Shown here piece after piece: positions 1 to 8,700 of a stretch of 56,864 nucleotides of DNA. The translations under genes and the position numbers were made by a program. The stretch comes from Rhodoferax sp. (lineage in GTDB: Bacteria > Pseudomonadota > Gammaproteobacteria > Burkholderiales > Burkholderiaceae_C). Location: contig JAYVRP010000807.1 in assembly GCA_043776215.1 (NCBI GenBank), positions 1 to 56,864 of the forward strand, read 5' to 3'. The notes under the pieces are model-generated. The model saw nothing but the letters and a program-made list of their open reading frames with translations, was not told where the DNA came from and ran no database searches. Position 1 is the first letter of the stretch, and every line of letters starts with the position of its first letter.

Positions 1-329
1 GACGGTGTGCCCACGCTCCAGCCGCCATTGATGAACTTCGCCGCGTAACGGACCGTCACGCCGACGCCGGCAATGTCCGTGATGGCGGGTGCACCGTAGC
101 GCTCCACGGATGTCGGCGGCACGCCGAAATTGCGATCCAGACCAAAGACGCTGTAGATCTGGCTACGCGTAGAGGTCGGATCCAGAAGTTGGATCTCGAA
201 TCCGTGGGCGACGTCGCCGGTATCGTTGACGGCATCGAAATTGGCGAGGCTGCCGAAGACCTGTGCGCCTGCCGGCATGGCAAGCGCCATACAAGCCGAC
301 ACGGCGAGGGCGAGGCGGGTTTTCTTCAT
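1..329 (-). CDS. Secreted protein (5' part only, runs off the window edge); paralog of the 695-2245 N-terminal domain
   Basis: Not in the ORF track. ATG at 329 reads MKKTRLALAVSACMALAMPAGAQ (signal peptide) then VFGSLANFDAVNDTGDVAHGFEIQL...ERYG...VTVRYAAKF, open to position 1. Purine-rich RBS GGGGAA upstream. Confidence 0.85.
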   Translation of the reverse strand, partial: MKKTRLALAVSACMALAMPAGAQVFGSLANFDAVNDTGDVAHGFEIQLLDPTSTRSQIYSVFGLDRNFGVPPTSVERYGAPAITDIAGVGVTVRYAAKFINGGWSVGTP

Positions 330-403
330 GGTGTTTCCCCTGTTCCAAGCAGACCGTCGCGGCGCCGGGGTGCGCCGGGATCGTTCCCTTGCGCGAAGGT
401 ATC

Positions 404-419
404 AGCAAAATGCGTGCCG
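404..419 (-). promoter_or_regulatory. Putative sigma54 (-24/-12) promoter for the leftward secreted-protein gene
   Basis: Minus strand reads CGGCACGCATTTTGCT, matching GGCAC-N5-TTGC, 75 nt upstream of the ATG at 329. Confidence 0.7.
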
Positions 420-496
420 TCCCGCGGTTGCGCACGCACCGGCTGCTGCGGCCGCAGGCTGACCCCGCGGTGCGACAGGGCAAACCGTCGCGTATG

Positions 497-529
497 GGGG
501 CATTTCACCCAATGCGGGTGAAATGCCCC
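497..529. promoter_or_regulatory. Perfect 14-bp inverted repeat, candidate activator-binding site
   Basis: GGGGCATTTCACCC-aatgc-GGGTGAAATGCCCC, lying between the two divergent sigma54-like motifs. Confidence 0.6.
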
Positions 530-618
530 ACCCGGATTGCGTGGTCGGGGCCATGGTCCCGGCATGAAAGGCGCCTCCTCTGCACGGCGGGCCGGCCGCC
601 AGCATCACCGATGCCGAT

Positions 619-633
619 TGGCACGAAGCATGC
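619..633 (+). promoter_or_regulatory. Putative sigma54 promoter for the 695-2245 gene
   Basis: TGGCACGAAGCATGC = TGGCAC-N5-ATGC (one mismatch to TTGC), about 60 nt before ATG 695. Confidence 0.6.
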
Positions 634-694
634 GGCTGCAGCGACGGGCAGCGCCGATACCGTAGTGACCCACCACCCCCCAATGGAGAAACAG

Positions 695-2245
695 ATGATT
701 CACACCTGCACCCTTCGTCCCTGCGCAACCACGCGCCGGAAACCATGGCGTCCGGCCACGCTCGTCGCACTGTGTCTTGGCGCCGCTTCGCTGGGCGCGC
801 ATGCGCAGGCGATCATCATGGCCGGCGTCTACCAGAACTTCGACGTGCTCAACAATACCGGTGCTCCGACCCATGGGTTCGAGATGGAGGTCTACGGCGT
901 CAGCAAGTCCCAGCTCACCCGCATCTTCCCATCCAACTTCAACGCCAGCGTGATCCGCTACGGCATGGGATCGGCCACGGATTTCCCGGGCGGAGTCTAT
1001 GTCCGCTGGATCGCTCCCTATGACCCGGCCACTGGCGCCTTCACCACGGCCACACCGGTTCCGGTCAACCGGACCACCGTACCCGGCGACTCCTGCTGGA
1101 CGCTGGGAATGCCATCCACGTATGCGACGGCCGGGTGCGAGCATTTCGGCATCAGCGCAACGGCCAACCCCAGCAGAATACTTTACCGGTGGCTGGTGGC
1201 CGATCCGGCAACCCCTGGCGCCGTGAAGCCGGTCGGGGTCGACATCTCCCTGCCAGCACCGATCTGGAGCGTGGTCCCGCCGGCCCAGCCCGCGCTGCCG
1301 CCGGTCGTGGTGGCACAGGTGGAAGCCCCGCCGCCGCCGGCACCGGCGGTATTCGGGCCGGCGCAATGGGTCAAGGTCTATAAGACCGAGCAGGCGGGCA
1401 AGGTCGACCTGATCGACCTGATGGGCGACAACCGCGCCGTCGTGCCGGAGAACGCGGCGCAGGTCGAGGTCGGCTGGTCTCTTTTGCAGCAGGACCCCCC
1501 GGCTCTGGCCGGCAACCAACGCCGGCGCGGCAAGCTCGTCAACCAGGGCAACCTGGGCAATGGAAACCATGCGGTGGTGCGCCGCTATGAGTATTACCAG
1601 TACGCCGGCGCCTACGACCCGGTCACCCACGAAGCACTGTGCGCCGATCTCACCTGCACGGCGCCCGGGCCGGGTGAACTCGGTGATGCGATCGGCGCCC
1701 AGAACGTGGCGGCCAACGTCGACGTCAGCGCGCTCACGGTACAGGTGAGTGGCAGTGGCGGCGTGTCGTCGTCCGACAAGGTCTTCAGTTGCCCCAGCAA
1801 ATGCTACGGTGTCTACAGTCCCGGCAGCACCGTGACGCTGACTGCCAAGCCCAACTCCGGCAACACATTCGCGGCATGGGGTGGCTCCTGCAGCGGCAAT
1901 GCGCTCACCTGCGTGGTGCTGCTCAACGCCGAGAGTTCGGTCACCGCGACCTTCGCCGCCGTGGTCGGTGGCGGGGGCGGGGGCGGAGGTGGTGGGGGTG
2001 GCACAAGCTACACGCTCTCGGTCGGAAAGTCGAATGCCGGCACGGTCGTCAGCACGCCTTCGGGAATCAACTGCGGCACCACCTGCTCGGCCAAGTACGC
2101 CGCGGCAAACGCGGTCACGCTGGTGGCACTGCCCGCGCCGGACAAGACCTTCCTGGGCTGGAGTGGCGCCTGCACCGGCATCGCCGAATCCTGCACCGTG
2201 GTCATGAACGCCGACACCAAGGTCCAGGCCGGTTTCTCCAAGTGA
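695..2245 (+). CDS. Secreted protein: uncharacterised N-terminal domain plus two Cys-containing InlB B-repeat-like modules joined by a Gly12 linker
   Basis: RBS GGAGAA then ATG 695; signal peptide ending AHAQA; repeats VTLTAKPNSGNTFAAWGGSCSG and VTLVALPAPDKTFLGWSGACTG. The ORF-track start at 263 is probably too early. Confidence 0.8.
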   Translation: MIHTCTLRPCATTRRKPWRPATLVALCLGAASLGAHAQAIIMAGVYQNFDVLNNTGAPTHGFEMEVYGVSKSQLTRIFPSNFNASVIRYGMGSATDFPGGVYVRWIAPYDPATGAFTTATPVPVNRTTVPGDSCWTLGMPSTYATAGCEHFGISATANPSRILYRWLVADPATPGAVKPVGVDISLPAPIWSVVPPAQPALPPVVVAQVEAPPPPAPAVFGPAQWVKVYKTEQAGKVDLIDLMGDNRAVVPENAAQVEVGWSLLQQDPPALAGNQRRRGKLVNQGNLGNGNHAVVRRYEYYQYAGAYDPVTHEALCADLTCTAPGPGELGDAIGAQNVAANVDVSALTVQVSGSGGVSSSDKVFSCPSKCYGVYSPGSTVTLTAKPNSGNTFAAWGGSCSGNALTCVVLLNAESSVTATFAAVVGGGGGGGGGGGGTSYTLSVGKSNAGTVVSTPSGINCGTTCSAKYAAANAVTLVALPAPDKTFLGWSGACTGIAESCTVVMNADTKVQAGFSK

Positions 2246-2487
2246 AACCGTCGGCGCCGACCTGGCAGCCGCGCCCCACGCATTCGCGAAACCACCACGG
2301 CTCCACTGCCGTTGGCCTGCGTGGGGCCATGCGGCACGACCAGTGCCCTCAGCTTCGCGTTCGGTGCGAGCACCCCGAGGAAGCGAATCAGGTGCAGCCG
2401 CGGTCGCGGCACAAGCGCGGCCAGGCGCTGCATGAACTCCAGCGGGCTCATCACGATGTGCGTGGTGCCGTCGCGCCAGGCGGTCTT

Positions 2488-2537
2488 AGTTACGACATAA
2501 CTTGAGTACAAGTTAGTCTCCACTGAAACTGCGATTT
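2488..2537. repeat. 50-bp AT-richer palindromic insert in the IS91 remnant (copy A)
   Basis: Interrupts CTC AAG ACC (L-K-T); contains TAACTTG-agta-CAAGTTA; 48/50 identical to 5824-5873. Confidence 0.75.
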
Positions 2538-2594
2538 GAGTTGGAGCACCACCTGCCCGGCGCTGTTGATCTGTACCCGTTCGTTGGCCAGTGC

Positions 2595-2674
2595 TGAGCC
2601 CGGACACAAACAGTCCAGTGGACTGTTTGTGCCTGGCGAAGGGCCGGGCCACTGGCCCGGCGCGGCCTGCAAGG
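2595..2674. repeat. 80-bp double-hairpin palindromic element (MITE/REP-like) inserted in the IS91 remnant
   Basis: Splits YITRP|ALANER exactly; hairpins CACAAACAGTCCA-g-TGGACTGTTTGTG and GCCGGGCCA-c-TGGCCCGGC. Confidence 0.8.
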
Positions 2675-2956
2675 CGGTCGGGTGATGTAGCGGCAAAGCT
2701 GCTCCAGCCGCTGGCGCTCGTCGGCATCGCAGCGCACTGCCGCGTGCAGGCTGAAGCCCCGCTGGTCGGCACACAGTTCCTGGTCGCGCGCAGCGTCGCG
2801 TGGCATCACGCCTTGCACCGTCAACGCCTTCTGGCAACGGTCGTGGGGTCCATGGGGTGCGCCAAAGTGCGGGTATCTAAGCCCCGCGGTGTGAGATAAA
2901 CGCGCCACCCGGCCCTTCTCCTACACTGCTGCACACCCCAAACAACGTAATGCACC

Positions 2957-4060
2957 ATGTTCGGAATCACCCCGTCCTCCCGGCTCCGGCCATCGCCTTA
3001 CTACCAGGCCACGCTGGCCGAAGGCGTGACCTCTTTCACCACCTACAACCACATGCTCATGCCCACCGGCTTCGGGCACGCCGAGGAGGAGTACTGGCGC
3101 ATCATCCACGGTGTCTCGCTGTGGGACGTGGCGGTGGAGCGCCAGGTGCAACTGCAGGGGCCCGACGCCGGGCGACTGGCACAGATCCTGTGCCCGCGTG
3201 ACCTGTCGCGTTGTGTCGCGGGCCAGGGCAAGTACGTGCCTTTGTGCAACCACGAGGGCATCCTGATCAACGACCCGATCCTGCTCAAACTCGACGACGA
3301 CCGCTACTGGCTGTCCATCGCCGACTCCAATATCTGGTTCTGGGCGCGCGCGATCGCTGCCGAGCGTAAATTGCGCGTCACCGTCAGCGAGCCGGACGTG
3401 TCTCCGCTGGCAGTGCAGGGACCCAAGGCCGAGGCAGTGATGGCAACGTTGTTGGGCGACTGGGTGCGCGAACTCAAATATTTCGGGTTCCGGCAGACCG
3501 ACCTGCAGGGCATACCGCTGCTGGTCGCGCGCTCGGGCTGGTCCAAGCAGGGCGGCTTCGAACTCTACCTGCAGGACGGGGCGCGCGGCACCGAGCTTTG
3601 GAACCTCGTGCGCGAAGCCGGAAAGCCGTGGTCGATCGGGCCGGGCGCGCCCAACGCCTGCGAGCGAATAGAAAGTGGTCTTCTGTCCTACGGAGGCGAC
3701 AGCGACGACACCACCAACCCGTTCGAGGTGCGCCTGGGCAAATACATCGACCTCGGTGTGCCTGACGACGTGGTCGGCATCCAGGCACTGCGCCGTATAC
3801 AGCGTGAAGGCGTGCGGCGCCAGCAACTCGGTGTGGTGCTGGAGGGCACGCAGCCGACCGAGCTCGGCTTCCACTGGCACCGCATCAGCCGGGCAGGCCA
3901 GCCGGTCGGCGACTTGACCAACTGCGTGTGGTCGTACCGGATGCAGCGCAACATCGGCTTCGCTCTGGTGGCCGCTGGTTGCGCACCCGGCGACGCGGTG
4001 GTGGTGCACAAGGACGGCGCGCTGGTCCCGGGCCGCCTGCAAGCCCTTCCTTTTCTCTGA
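2957..4060 (+). CDS. GcvT-family THF-dependent methyltransferase, DmdA-like
   Basis: YNHMLMP, LWDVAVERQVQLQGPDA, NDP, YWLSIAD, EPDVSPLAVQGP, RSGWSKQGGFE, ERIESGLLSYG. Confidence 0.85.
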   Translation: MFGITPSSRLRPSPYYQATLAEGVTSFTTYNHMLMPTGFGHAEEEYWRIIHGVSLWDVAVERQVQLQGPDAGRLAQILCPRDLSRCVAGQGKYVPLCNHEGILINDPILLKLDDDRYWLSIADSNIWFWARAIAAERKLRVTVSEPDVSPLAVQGPKAEAVMATLLGDWVRELKYFGFRQTDLQGIPLLVARSGWSKQGGFELYLQDGARGTELWNLVREAGKPWSIGPGAPNACERIESGLLSYGGDSDDTTNPFEVRLGKYIDLGVPDDVVGIQALRRIQREGVRRQQLGVVLEGTQPTELGFHWHRISRAGQPVGDLTNCVWSYRMQRNIGFALVAAGCAPGDAVVVHKDGALVPGRLQALPFL

Positions 4061-4076
4061 GGATCGGGGAAATACC

Positions 4077-4982
4077 ATGCCCACCGCGCGCTTCGCCCAG
4101 CTCTCCCGGCTTCGCCTGGAGTATTTCGAACACGGCCACGGTCCGGCCCGGGTCGTGCTGGTACACGGCTTCGAGGCCTCCGCCCGTATCTGGACGGCAG
4201 TGCAGGAGGCGCTGCCGCCGGAGCTGTACACCTCGATTGCCATCAACAACCGCGGTGCCGGAAATTCGGACGCGCCATCGGCCGACGAGGACTACGGTGT
4301 GCAGCACTTCGCGGCCGACGCGCACGAACTGGTCACGGGTCTCGACTGGCAGGGCTACACGCTGGTGGGCCATTCGATGGGCGGGGCGACCGTGGTGCAG
4401 TACGCGGCCGATCATCCTGAAGATATCGCCGGCCTGGTAATGCTCGACCCGGCCAACCCGGACGGTCGCCCCGGCACGGCGCAGCAAATGCAGGCGCGGG
4501 TCGAGGCGTTCCTGATCACGCGCAAGGCGCGGCTCGATGCCGCTGCGAACAGCGCGCCGCAAGGCGGTGCATCAGCAACCCGTTGCGACGCAGCGGCCGA
4601 CTGGCGCACGTTGCTCGAGGCCGACATGGCGCGCGCGCCCGAATGCCGGCTGCGCGGCTCGCTGCGGTCGATGCACGGCATCCGTCTGGGCCACCGGCTC
4701 GCCAGTCTGCCCATGCCGGTTCTGCTCGCATGCGGCGACCAGGACGAGCTGATTTCCGTGCCCGACATGCTCGACACCTGGAAGCGGCTGCCTGCGGGGT
4801 CAGGGCTGCAGGTCTGGCACGGCATCGGTCATTCGCCCAATCTCGAATGCCCGCTGGCACTGACGGAAGTGCTGCGGCAGTTCATCGAGAAGCGGGTGGC
4901 AGGCGCGCAGGCGCCGCGTGCAGTGCGCGATCGATTCTCCAGCAGGCAGGCGGGCGACGCATCGGCACCGCGCCTGGCATGA
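4077..4982 (+). CDS. Alpha/beta-fold hydrolase
   Basis: VLVHGF, RGAGNSD, GHSMGG nucleophile elbow, GHSPNLE. Confidence 0.85.
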   Translation: MPTARFAQLSRLRLEYFEHGHGPARVVLVHGFEASARIWTAVQEALPPELYTSIAINNRGAGNSDAPSADEDYGVQHFAADAHELVTGLDWQGYTLVGHSMGGATVVQYAADHPEDIAGLVMLDPANPDGRPGTAQQMQARVEAFLITRKARLDAAANSAPQGGASATRCDAAADWRTLLEADMARAPECRLRGSLRSMHGIRLGHRLASLPMPVLLACGDQDELISVPDMLDTWKRLPAGSGLQVWHGIGHSPNLECPLALTEVLRQFIEKRVAGAQAPRAVRDRFSSRQAGDASAPRLA

Positions 4983-5145
4983 AGCCGCAGTTCGAATGCA
5001 ACAAATGGCACCGGTCTGGGGTGACCAAAGTTATGGCGCGGTACTCTCTGGTGTTCAGCATTTGACCCACCGCGGCAACCGCGTTACCCCAGGCCTTTCG
5101 GAGTCCCCATCATGAACGCGTCCAGCGGCGACCGCGCTTTCTCCG

Positions 5146-5960
5146 GGGGAAGGGATTTCAAACGGCATGTTTCCGGCCCCACCGGGTCCGACTCACCCGC
5201 ACTGGGTGGTACACCGGGGAGTTCTTTGGGGAGGTGTTGGCCTGGCCGGCCGCACACTGCGTAGCCGCGGCCCCGCGGCCGGACCTGAAAATCACCTGGA
5301 CATCGGGTAAACCCGCACGCTTCGTAGCCCCTCACCGGGCTCGACCCGCGCCAGGCGCAGCCCCTCCCCGGCAGCCCGGAGTCCCGGGCCGCGATCAGGC
5401 CGCCTGCTGAAGATCTCCGCGCGCCGGTGCCCGGGGCGGTGCCCGGGCCTGCAGTCCCAAGTGACTGAGGATCCGCTCTGTCAAGGGTGCCTCCAGGATG
5501 GCGGCGATGATCTTGAGCTGGCCGCCGCATTTCGGGCAGTGTGCGAGGTCGATCTCAAACACGCGCTTGAGCAGCCGGGCCCAGCTGATAAGCGCCGGCC
5601 GGCCATGCGCGCAGCTTGGCTCGGTCGCGGGGACCTCCGACTTGCCGGTGACCTCCTCGGGGCCGTGCGGCACCACCAGTGCCCTCAGCTTCGCGTTGGG
5701 CGGCAGCACCCCGTGGAAGCGAATCAGGTGCAGCCGGGGCCGCGGCACCAGCGCTGCCAGGCGCTGCATGAACTCCAGCGAGCTCATCACGATGTGCGTG
5801 GTGCCATCGCGCCAGGCGGTCTTAGCTACGACATAACTTGAGTACAAGTTAGTCTCCACTGAAACTGCGTTTTGAGTTTGAGCACCACCTGCCCGGAGCG
5901 GCCTGCAAGGCGGTCGGGTGATGTACCGGCAAAGCCGCTTCAGCCGCTGGCGCTCGTCGG
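5146..5960 (-). mobile_element. IS91/ISCR remnant, copy 2: transposase 3' part (5395-5960) plus downstream end with oriIS-like motif
   Basis: C-terminus WARLLKRVFEIDLAHCPKCGGQLKIIAAI..ILSHLGLQARAPPRAPAR; minus-strand GCCGTTTGAAATCCCTTCCCC at 5146-5166 resembles the ISCR oriIS end. Confidence 0.8.
5824..5873. repeat. 50-bp palindromic insert (copy B)
   Basis: Same sequence and same insertion point as 2488-2537. Confidence 0.75.
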
Positions 5961-6049
5961 GACGTACCCATCGAACGATGGTCGCGGCATATGCGCACGG
6001 CCCTTCCGGTGGCGCTGCGCGGTCTGCGTCGGCAAGCCGGCCTGCCGTG

Positions 6050-6952
6050 TCACCTTGCCTGCGCCAGCAGCCAGTTGCGAAACAGCAGCACCTCCGGGCG
6101 CGGACGCGCCCGACTGCTGGGGTTCAGCAGATAGTGCGCATCGCTTATTTCCAGCGAACGATGAAAGGGGGCGATCAGCCGGCCCGACGCCAGATACGGC
6201 TGCGCGAAACTCTGGAGCACGATCGCAAAGCCGGCACCGGCGGCGGCGAGTTCGAGTGCGCTGAGTGAAGTGTCCACCTGAACGCCTTGTGGCAGTGGTG
6301 CCGCGACGTCACCGGCAGCCAGAAACCAGCGTGTCCACAGGTCTTCGCAGCCCATGATGTGAATCAGGTGGCGTTGCGCCAGCAGGGCCAGCGCCTGCTT
6401 GCGGTTCGCGCGTTGCTTCCAGGCCGGGCTGCACACCGCAATCGACGGTTCATGGCGCAGCAGCGTGACGTCGAATCCCTCCCAGCGGCCATCACCGAAG
6501 CGGATGTCCACGTCGACCGCATCGGCATTCAGACCGTCCGCCCAGATCGACGTGTACAGCCGCATCCGGATGCCCGGGTAGGCCTGCATGAAAACGTGCA
6601 GGCGGGGTGCCAGCCACAACACCGCGAATGCCGCCGTTGCGCGGACGGTGACGCTTTGCTCCGCCTTTCCGCCGAACAGCCCGGCGGTCGCGGCAGCCAG
6701 CTCGTCGAAGGCCTTGCGCACCGAGGGCAGGTAGGCGCGGCCCATGTCGGTGAGTTGCACGCCGCGTGCCAGCCGCTCGAACAGCGCGAAGCCGAGATGC
6801 TGTTCGAGTGAGCGGATCTGCAGGCTGACCGCCGCGACCGACAGATGCAGGTCCTGCGCCGCCCCGGAGAAACTCTGCCGGCGCGCGGCGGCCTCGAAGG
6901 CGCGCAGCCAGGGCAAGTGGGGGAGTGCATGACCACGCATTGCGTCGTTCAT
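6050..6952 (-). CDS. LysR-family regulator, GcvA-like
   Basis: LPWLRAFEAAARRQSFSGAAQDLHLSVAAVSLQIRSLE HTH; DVDIRFGDGRWEG. Confidence 0.92.
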   Translation of the reverse strand: MNDAMRGHALPHLPWLRAFEAAARRQSFSGAAQDLHLSVAAVSLQIRSLEQHLGFALFERLARGVQLTDMGRAYLPSVRKAFDELAAATAGLFGGKAEQSVTVRATAAFAVLWLAPRLHVFMQAYPGIRMRLYTSIWADGLNADAVDVDIRFGDGRWEGFDVTLLRHEPSIAVCSPAWKQRANRKQALALLAQRHLIHIMGCEDLWTRWFLAAGDVAAPLPQGVQVDTSLSALELAAAGAGFAIVLQSFAQPYLASGRLIAPFHRSLEISDAHYLLNPSSRARPRPEVLLFRNWLLAQAR

Positions 6953-7057
6953 TTTTTTGACCCCTCAGGGCCTGAATTGATTGATTGCATCAAGTATGGA
7001 TTCCCCGGATTATTGCTACCGGGCCATGGGGCCCATCCATCCGTTCATCCATCATCC

Positions 7058-8677
7058 ATGCAGAGCGCCGGCGAGTTCGACATCATCATCGTTGGCAGCG
7101 GGTCGGCTGGCTGCGTGCTGGCCGACCGGCTGACGCGGGACGGCAAGCGTTCGGTATTGCTGCTCGAAGCAGGCGGCAGCGACCGCCGCTTCTGGATCAA
7201 GCTGCCCATCGGGTATGGACGCACCTATTACGACGAGCGCATCAACTGGAAATACGAGACCGCGCCAGAGCCTGCCCTGGATGGCCGGCGTGCCTACTGG
7301 CCACGTGGAAAGGTGATCGGGGGTTCGAGTTCGATCAATGCGATGGTGTATTGTCGCGGCATGCCACGGGACTACGACGACTGGCGCGCCGCCGGCAATA
7401 TCGGCTGGGCCTGGGACGACGTGGAACCGGTGTTCCGGCGTATCGAGCGGCGCGTCGACGCGCACGGCCGCGTGGCTGCGGGCGGGCCGCTGTTCGTGTC
7501 GGATGTCGGACGCGAGATGCATCCGCTGCGCCGCCACTACTTTGCAGCCGCCCGCGAACTGGGTTTGCCACTGACGGATGACTTCAACGGGCCCCAGCCG
7601 GAAGGCGTGGGCATCTACCAGATCAACGTGCGCCGGGGCATGCGCTGGTCGGCGGCCGACGCCTTCCTGCGTCCGGCGATGCGGCGCACCAACTTGCGCC
7701 TGCTGACCGGCGCGCAGGTGCACCGCGTGCTGTTCGAGGGGTTGCGCGCGGTCGGCGTGGTGTTTGAGCAGGATGGCACGCGCTACAGCGCGCGCACCCG
7801 CGGCGAGGTCATTCTGAGCGCGGGTGCGGTCAATTCGCCGCAACTGCTGCAACTCTCGGGCGTCGGCCCGGCAGCCCTGTTGCAGCAGCATGGCATCAAG
7901 GTGGTGCGCGACCAGGGCGCGGTCGGCGGGCAACTGCAGGACCACATCGCGGTGAGTTACTTTTTCGAATCCAACGAGCCGACGCTGAACAACCAGTTGC
8001 ACCCCTGGCATGGCAAGTTGTGGGCAGGGCTGCGTTATGTGCTGGCCAGGCGCGGCCCGCTGAGTGTGAGCGTGAACCAGTGTGGTGGCTTCGTGCGCAG
8101 CCGGTCCGGGCTCGCGCATCCCGACCAGCAGCTGTATTTCAATCCGCTGACCTATTCGACAGCACCCGAAGGCAAGCGTCCTTTGATGAATCCTGACCCA
8201 TTTGCCGGATTCATCCTGTGCGCCCAACCTTGCCGCCCCACCAGCCGGGGCCGCATCGACATCGGCTCGGGCGACCCGGCCGCGGCACCGGTGATTCGGC
8301 CCGATTACCTGTCGACACAGGGCGACATCGATGACGTGGTCGCAGGCGGGCAGTTGCTGCAACGCATGCTGCGCACGCAGGCGATGCGCGGGCTAGTCAA
8401 GAGGCCGATCGCACCGGACATCAGCAACATGGACGCCGACGCGATGGTGGCCGATTTCCGCGCGCGCAGCGGCACCGTGTTTCACCCAGTCGGCACCTGC
8501 GGCATGGGCCCGGACCCGCGCAACGCGGTGGTCGATCCGCAGTTGCGCGTGCACGGTGTGCATGGCCTTCGCGTGGTTGACGCATCGGTTTTTCCCGGCA
8601 TGACATCTGGCAATACAAACGGACCGGTGATCATGGTGGCCCAGAAGGCAGCTGACATGCTGCTTGCCGGACAATGA
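7058..8677 (+). CDS. GMC oxidoreductase (choline dehydrogenase-like)
   Basis: DIIIVGSGSAG, PRGKVIGGSSSINAMVY, LQDH, FHPVGTCGMG, DASVFP..TSGNTN. Confidence 0.92.
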   Translation: MQSAGEFDIIIVGSGSAGCVLADRLTRDGKRSVLLLEAGGSDRRFWIKLPIGYGRTYYDERINWKYETAPEPALDGRRAYWPRGKVIGGSSSINAMVYCRGMPRDYDDWRAAGNIGWAWDDVEPVFRRIERRVDAHGRVAAGGPLFVSDVGREMHPLRRHYFAAARELGLPLTDDFNGPQPEGVGIYQINVRRGMRWSAADAFLRPAMRRTNLRLLTGAQVHRVLFEGLRAVGVVFEQDGTRYSARTRGEVILSAGAVNSPQLLQLSGVGPAALLQQHGIKVVRDQGAVGGQLQDHIAVSYFFESNEPTLNNQLHPWHGKLWAGLRYVLARRGPLSVSVNQCGGFVRSRSGLAHPDQQLYFNPLTYSTAPEGKRPLMNPDPFAGFILCAQPCRPTSRGRIDIGSGDPAAAPVIRPDYLSTQGDIDDVVAGGQLLQRMLRTQAMRGLVKRPIAPDISNMDADAMVADFRARSGTVFHPVGTCGMGPDPRNAVVDPQLRVHGVHGLRVVDASVFPGMTSGNTNGPVIMVAQKAADMLLAGQ

Positions 8678-8700
8678 ACCCCCCCAAGGAGCCCCGCCGC

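Larger units (their letters stand above)
2255..2870 (-). pseudogene. IS91/ISCR-family (Y2) transposase remnant, copy 1, disrupted by two small insertions
   Basis: Fragments GFSLHAAVRC..RQRLEQLCRYITRP / ALANERVQINSAGQVVLQLK / TAWRDGTTHIVMSPLEFMQRLAALVPRPRLHLIRF.GVLAPNAKLR, in shifting frames. Confidence 0.85.

Noticed and set aside
263-694. ORF-track N-terminal extension of the 660-aa ORF
   Set aside because: It overlaps the divergent gene and promoter region; the RBS and signal peptide point to ATG 695.
1967-2002. GGN run as a tandem repeat or contingency locus
   Set aside because: Mixed Gly codons encoding a flexible linker; not a pure slippage tract.
2488-2520. dif/pdif site in the 50-bp insert
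   Set aside because: Only TTATGT of a XerD-like half matches; no XerC-like half.
7058-8677. betA gene symbol
   Set aside because: GMC family is clear, but the context lacks betI/betT and the substrate cannot be fixed.
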